A stretch of DNA of 64,000 nt from Eukaryota sp. GEM-RC1 (taxonomy: Eukaryota), in NCBI GenBank assembly GCA_040285855.1, contig JAUFOQ010000003.1:744001-808000 (forward strand). Reading direction: 5' to 3'. Positions within the stretch are counted from its first letter, which is position 1; every line of letters begins with the position of its first letter. The translations under genes were made by a program, and so were the position numbers. Below, in pieces: positions 58,001 through 64,000 of this stretch. The notes beneath the pieces are model-generated. The model had not been told where the DNA came from and searched no databases. It saw only the letters and a program-made list of their open reading frames with translations.

Positions 58001-61000
58001 TGGTTTTAGAAGTTTCCTTCTTTCTAGGAGCTAGTAAAAGCGAAGGAGTGGAGAAGAAGCAACCAATCGAAGGTTTCTCTAAATGTCGTTGTCGGATGTA
58101 CTGAAGTTCCTCGCTTTCAGACCTAGTAACTGGGTCTGATACAAAAGAAGCACGAGGGATTGGGTGAAGAGAAGTAGAAGAAAGGTCATGGGAGAGTGAT
58201 GACTCATCCAAAGTAGTCATGAAGGGGGAAGAGTAGATGAAGATTGAAGAAGTAGAGGAATCCTCAATATTAAAGGATAAATTACCATTGGTCAGTTTAA
58301 CATCACTAATGACAGGCACATCATGTTCTTTCAATACCCCAACACTGTTAACAACTTCGCTTTTATAAAGACCATCATCAAGAAGTTCTGGTAGGACAAT
58401 CACTTTCATGGTGGTGATCGGAGTCGATACAAGAGGGCAATCATTAGGGAAACAATCAATCTTATAACAACCACTGGGGAGAGTAGCTGACAAGTAACAC
58501 GGAGATAAGTCTGAGGACTGAGAAATTTGGAAGTTTTTAACGCGAGAGACGGCGTTGTCAAAAGACTTATCAGTCTGAACAATTCTGGCTCTAGCCCATG
58601 AAGTCTTGGTTCCTGGAAGAAGAAGAGAAACTTGAGGAGATGAAAATGTGTGGAAGGTAGAACGGTTATCGACAGGGAATAGCTCGAAGTTCTTCGAGTA
58701 ATTACCACACGCAACGTTTAGCTCAATGACGCCGCCTTCGTTCTCAATGTTAATGACACCTTGATCATCTGACATGCAAGTTATACTATCACATTCCCTT
58801 GTTGATGAATACATACAAGTAATTGCGCAGACCTTCTTTGGTAAGGGTTCCCCGCCTTTTCCAATGACACGCAAACAGAATTTTGAAAAATCAGTAGAAT
58901 TTGGAGTTAAGACAAAGCTCAATATTCCGAGATCGTTAGGTTCAGTATTGAAGTAATGATGATCCGTCTCAGTCAGTTGACGTTTCTGTTTTCCTATTTT
59001 GAGTTCGACATTGATTGTGACTGATATCTCCTTGATTGGAACCGATCCCGTTGAAAAATCAAAAATGAAACAATTATTTAAATCCTTCATCTCCAATTCC
59101 TTTGAAAAAACACTGGTTGCGTCAGAAGTATTCGTTACAGACAAGCTACATTCAGCAGAAACAAAACAACCCGACTCCGTAACCAAGTCCTCGTTACGTA
59201 GAAAGGAGGGACTGACAAAGATACTGGATGAAGAGTTGAGCACGATTTGATCTTGACCAATAAATGATTTTACAGATAAATTAAAATTGGGGGGTGAAAG
59301 TTGAATTTCCTTTTTAACAGCGAAATCATCGTAAATACCAATGATTTTACACTGTTTTGAGGTCTCAGTTTCAGGAGCCTGAAACAATCCAGGGAACTTT
59401 GATTGATTGACCAGTTTGACGTCATCACAATAGAGCTCAGCATCCTTAACCAACTTTCCTGTTTCGTCAACAACTCCAATCAGAGTTCCTGAAGAATCCT
59501 CTTGACTAAAGATTGACATACATCCCTTTTTAACCAAAATCCGTTCACTAGACCCCGTACTCTCTAAATCAACGATGAAAGCTCCACGTTTACACTTTCC
59601 AATCAAATCAATAACAAGAGAAGTTGAGTGTAGCAAGTTTGAGGAAGGCTTTTCAAACAACTGTTCAAAAGAAGGAAAAAGTCCATCAAGATTCAATCCA
59701 GTTGATTCCTCGTCATTTGAGAAGAAGTAGAGATCAACAAGGTCCAATTCGAATACTTTAACTCGAACAAATGTATTCTGATAGGAAAACTTAATCAACG
59801 CAACACTTTCCCCAGTCAAATACTCACGTGGAGTATCTGAATCAAACTTACACACAACTCTACTCATAACTTCAGTGGTAAACTCAGAGGTGATATTGGA
59901 AAGATATTTGGGTCTGATTGGTAAATCACGGACCAATCTAGTCTCAGCGTACAATCGTAACACTCTAGCCTCTTCCCAGCCATAGAAGTCATAAGGGGAA
60001 GGACACGTGGGAGTAGAGAAGAGCACTCGTAAACAATCATCGACAACGTGATTGTAATCGGGAGTGGGGATAATCAAATGTGAGTAGGAGAAGCCGTATT
60101 TGATTGAACATTTAATTGCTTTAACAACAAGACTACCAGTTACTTTCGAAGCATCTCGCTTAAGCTGAAACGCCAAATAAGTCACAATAAGTCTTGATTT
60201 CTGACTCGAATCACGTAGAGTAAGCGCAAACTTAAGAAGCTTATCATAAAACACCGTCAATTGAGAGAACGAAGCCCTGTCCCCTGGGTAGGTCTTCTTA
60301 ACGAAGTGGTCAGTGTAGACAGAATAGTGATCAGGATGGTTTAAGAGAGATTGGAGTTCGTCTTTTGTAAAATCAGCTCCAAAGTGAGTGGATGAATGAG
60401 TTTTCATTAAGGCTTTGTAGGCAGTAATGGGGTTGTCGAAAGCAGCGGGAGTAATTCGAGATCGGAGCTGATCAAAGAATTTAGCATGTTGAGACTTCTT
60501 GAGCTGGGAGAAAGCAGAGTTGAAAGCGGGAGGATTTAGCAAGATAAACTCAGATCGGGCAACAGTTTGGTCAATGGAAGATCGTGCACTGAAGGTGAAT
60601 TCTGAGGGGTATTCAGCAGTGGAGGAGGAAGTAATAGATGATTGAGGTTGTGAGGAAGGTCCCTTTGACCTTTGTTTCCTGTACTTTGGCTGACGTGTAG
60701 ATTTAGCAAAAGGTTTCAATTGGCGCAGTTCCTCGAGGAGTTGTTTCTTGTTATTTAACTCAAGAGTATCCCATCGGAGAAATAAGGAGCGGAGTTCAAA
60801 TTGATCGAGGAGTTTGGAGGCATTAGGGCCTGTGTGTTCGTTGAGAGTCTTGAGTAGTTCCTTTTCTTCAGCAGATGGTTCAGGAGTTGTGTGAAGTAGG
60901 TGTAAGCATTTGTAGAACAAGTATTCCTCGGAGCTAGAGGGAAGTTTACTTAAAACCGAGTAATGATCGTCACTGAAGAAGGCATCTTCAACAATTGTTG

Positions 61001-61010
61001 GATTCACCAT
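55066..61010 (-). CDS. Large (~1,980 aa) conserved hypothetical protein, macroglobulin-like beta-rich family; frameshift near 57460
   Basis: Motifs LNLDGL, RGAFIVD...LVKKG, EYHPYIESRAH and AYIKVFAQ...FVKDGFT. Confidence 0.7.
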
Positions 61011-61473
61011 TGATGAGTTGGGGTTTGTGTTCTTGTTGTCTAGGTTGTAAAGTCTTTTCTTCTTCTTCCTAGTTTCTTTCATCACACGATTCAGGCACAT
61101 GGAATCATATCTGAGAAATCATATCTTAGAGATACCACTTGATGTGAACTGTACATGTAGATATCGTGATTTCTGCTTGCCAAGAAGGGACTGAAAGCAT
61201 CTCGTATCATGAATTGTTTGATTCCACGCATCGTGATCGTCACTACTTTGGGTAAACTCTATCACCACCATATGTTTCTGTTCTAAATTGTCACTACACG
61301 CACCAATCCCTTTCAATTTGGGTTCATGTTCTACCGACTGTCGTGTTGTCATTGTTTGGTCTCAAGAACACGGTTCTCTACTTTTTCCTTCATTAGAACA
61401 TTTCAATTAGTGATTCCACTACTAGTAGTGGAGTATGTTTTTTTCAAATTTCTGTTTCTTCGACTTCTCTGCA

Positions 61474-64000
61474 ATGCGACATTTCCCATCTTTACTACTG
61501 TTCGTCTGTGTGGTCACTGCCAGCATTCGCTCCGGTGACCTAGACTTCGACTCCTCTGCTCTACAAACAATGTCTTCCACTAACTCTCTCATTGTAATTG
61601 ACTGGACCTCTGACCCCTCTTCCCATGACGTGCTCCCCTCCGCCACCTATTCCCCAGGTCCCTTCATTACCAGTGGACTTCAAGTAGTAGAGGTTCTAAC
61701 CCAGGACTTCTGGACATCCTTTCATTCAACTTCTCTTCGTTTTGCATACCTCTCCCCATCTCTAAAGATAGCTCCTGAACTTACTGCTTCGTTTGAGAAG
61801 GAAACTAAATGTCAACAGTACAATCTTTTGTTCATTACAAAGTTCTCTTCAGTCTCTTCTATTCTTTCTGAACTCTCTTCTCTCGTTCTTTCTGATTCCT
61901 TTACTCCCTTGGACAACTCAGAAGACTCATTGGTCGTAGAAATCTGCTCTAATCACCTATCTGTCATCTCCAAACTCTCTCACTACCACTCTCTCATTTG
62001 GATTGAACCTCATCCTGATTTCCACACCTTCAACTGCCACACTTCCTCTCTCATTGAAGGAGATTCTAACGGTCCTCCAGCTGTTGGTGGTACCATTTGT
62101 CGCTCATCCCTTGATAGAACGTCTGAACCCACTCACTATCCCCTTTCCACTAAAGGAATCACTGGGAAGAAGCAGTTAATAACTGTTATCGACTCTGGCT
62201 TGGATACCAATCACTGTTTCTTCAAAGATTCTTCCCCAGTTGTTTCTGGATCTCTCCGTTCATCTCTTTCCAAAGCAAGGAGCTCTACCCATAGAAAAGT
62301 CCTCTTCTACGACAATGAATTCGGTGATGGTAATGATTCTAGTGGTCATGGTACTCACGTAGCTGGTACTGCAGCTGGATCTACTCATGATGCTAACTCT
62401 GCTTTCCAATCTTCTTCTGGAGTTGCTCCTGGTGCTAAGTTAATTATCATCGACGCAGGTAAAGGTTCAGGATCTGGACTATCAATCCCCCGAGACATCG
62501 TCAATAGATGGCTTGTCCCCTCATACTCCCTTGGATCTCGCATCTTCTCGAACTCCTGGGGTTCTACCTCACGTACTTCTCCTTACACTTCTGATGCTGC
62601 CACCTGGGACTCATTTGTAGTATCTAACCCTGAAGCTCTTGTACTATTCGCTGCTGGTAACTCTGGCCAAAGTGGTACTAGGACTATTGGTTCTCCTGCT
62701 ACAGCTAAGAATGCCTTGGCAGTGGGAGCGTCGTTGAACTCTAATAATGGGATTAGAGGTGCATGTGCTTTTAATTCAGCGTATTGTAGAGGTTTTGGGT
62801 TAACTACTGAATCGTCTAATAACAATCAGAATGTCGTGTCCTTCTTTAGTTCACGTGGACCTACTGATTATGGATCAATCAAACCTGATTTAGTTGCACC
62901 TGGATTACCAATCGCTTCTGCTCGTTCTGGTACCAGCTGCTCCCTCACATTAATGGCTGGCACTTCCATGGCCACTCCTGCAGTAGCTGGAGCAGCCGCT
63001 TTGTTGAGGGAAGTTCTACTTGATCAAGGAATCAACCCAAGGGCTTCTTTAATGAGGTCGTTGTTAGTTGGACTAGCTGTACCATTGGAAAGTGTTGGTG
63101 GGAAAGTTAATTGGAATAGTCGAATGTTTCCTATTGATGAGTCACCATCAACTATTCAAGGATTTGGTAGAGTTACTCTAAAGAATGTGTATTCATCGTT
63201 AGTATTGGTTAATGAAGATACCACGTTGACCAAGTCCAACCCAATGTCTTCTCATTGTTTTAAAGCTAAGTCTCGTGGGAGAGTTGCTGTCACGTTGGCT
63301 TGGAACGATCCACCTTCCTTTCCTGGTTGTAAGAGCTGTATTGTTAATCAATTGAGCTTGGAGGTCGTTGATGGATCGGGTAACGTCATTTCTAGTCAAG
63401 GCTTGCCTTTTCAGTTTGGTACAGTCAATCGAATCGTCATCCCGTCTGCTAATGGAAACTATCGCGTCATCGTTAGAGGACAGTCTCTTTCTACCACCCA
63501 AACTTTCTCTCTTTCAGTTGTTGGTAATGTTGATTCACTTGCATGCCCCTCAGCTTCCCTCTGTCCCAGCAATTGTAACAACAAAGGTACTTGCTCTAAT
63601 GGAGCTTGTCAATGTTCTTCTCCAAGCTTGAATCATTTTGACTGTAGTTCTGCGTGTAAAAATGATTGTTCCAACCGTGGTAACTGTGCTAAAGGATCTT
63701 GTGTATGCGAGTTTCCTTATTTGGGTGACAATTGCTCTAAGTTTCACTCTTTAGGAGACTCAGTGGCTAGAATAGGATCTTCTGATGAAGTAGTTTTCAA
63801 GCTTCAAGAAGGTTTGGGTAAGTATAAAGCAGGAGTTGATAATACCTGGCACTTCATCCGCCAAAATATCCCTGAATTATCTCTCAAAATTTCAAATATT
63901 CAATTAGGTTCAGGTGATTCCGTCGTCGTCTATACTGAAAAGGCTGGAGCTCTGTCACTTGTAGAACGTATTCAAAAGGAAGTACCCACGAATTTAAAAC
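61474..64000 (+). CDS. Secreted subtilisin-like S8 protease (KP-43/Tag-like) with EGF-like repeats; runs off the window
   Basis: Signal peptide; triad motifs VIDSGLD, GHGTHVAGT and GTSMATP; AAGNSG; FSSRGP..KPD. Absent from the ORF track because there is no stop in the window. Confidence 0.93.
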   Translation, partial: MRHFPSLLLFVCVVTASIRSGDLDFDSSALQTMSSTNSLIVIDWTSDPSSHDVLPSATYSPGPFITSGLQVVEVLTQDFWTSFHSTSLRFAYLSPSLKIAPELTASFEKETKCQQYNLLFITKFSSVSSILSELSSLVLSDSFTPLDNSEDSLVVEICSNHLSVISKLSHYHSLIWIEPHPDFHTFNCHTSSLIEGDSNGPPAVGGTICRSSLDRTSEPTHYPLSTKGITGKKQLITVIDSGLDTNHCFFKDSSPVVSGSLRSSLSKARSSTHRKVLFYDNEFGDGNDSSGHGTHVAGTAAGSTHDANSAFQSSSGVAPGAKLIIIDAGKGSGSGLSIPRDIVNRWLVPSYSLGSRIFSNSWGSTSRTSPYTSDAATWDSFVVSNPEALVLFAAGNSGQSGTRTIGSPATAKNALAVGASLNSNNGIRGACAFNSAYCRGFGLTTESSNNNQNVVSFFSSRGPTDYGSIKPDLVAPGLPIASARSGTSCSLTLMAGTSMATPAVAGAAALLREVLLDQGINPRASLMRSLLVGLAVPLESVGGKVNWNSRMFPIDESPSTIQGFGRVTLKNVYSSLVLVNEDTTLTKSNPMSSHCFKAKSRGRVAVTLAWNDPPSFPGCKSCIVNQLSLEVVDGSGNVISSQGLPFQFGTVNRIVIPSANGNYRVIVRGQSLSTTQTFSLSVVGNVDSLACPSASLCPSNCNNKGTCSNGACQCSSPSLNHFDCSSACKNDCSNRGNCAKGSCVCEFPYLGDNCSKFHSLGDSVARIGSSDEVVFKLQEGLGKYKAGVDNTWHFIRQNIPELSLKISNIQLGSGDSVVVYTEKAGALSLVERIQKEVPTNLK

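Noticed and set aside
62583..63747. ORF-track entries overlapping the subtilase
   Set aside because: Shadow ORFs of the long plus-strand S8 protease frame.

Overview
Gene-dense genomic DNA from a flagellated microbial eukaryote. Evidence: nearly intronless genes, two 28-29 nt GT-AG introns, and ciliary genes (TMEM67, TTC29-like). About 27 host genes are interspersed with hAT- and Tc1/mariner-type MITEs and about nine decayed 3' ends of an RLE-type non-LTR retrotransposon. Many genes are split by single-base indels in homopolymers, most likely long-read assembly errors. The highlight is a predicted ~8.1 kb element (45512-53605) with imperfect terminal inverted repeats and TA flanks but no recognisable transposase. 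It encodes a ~1,680-aa Fanzor1 (eukaryotic TnpB-like RNA-guided nuclease) polyprotein, split by one frameshift. Domain order: 30-aa leader ending in a 2A StopGo motif (DIESNPGP); Ulp1/C48 protease with intact catalytic residues; degenerate PolB 3'-5' exonuclease-like domain; Fanzor with intact RuvC D/E/D and zinc finger; C-terminal CCHC knuckle. A structured ~116-nt candidate omegaRNA runs from the stop codon into the right end. Three copies of a ~75-nt hairpin precede the ORF, and a divergent orphan gene and a 15-bp minisatellite lie in the left arm. All assignments were made by eye from motifs; no searches were run.
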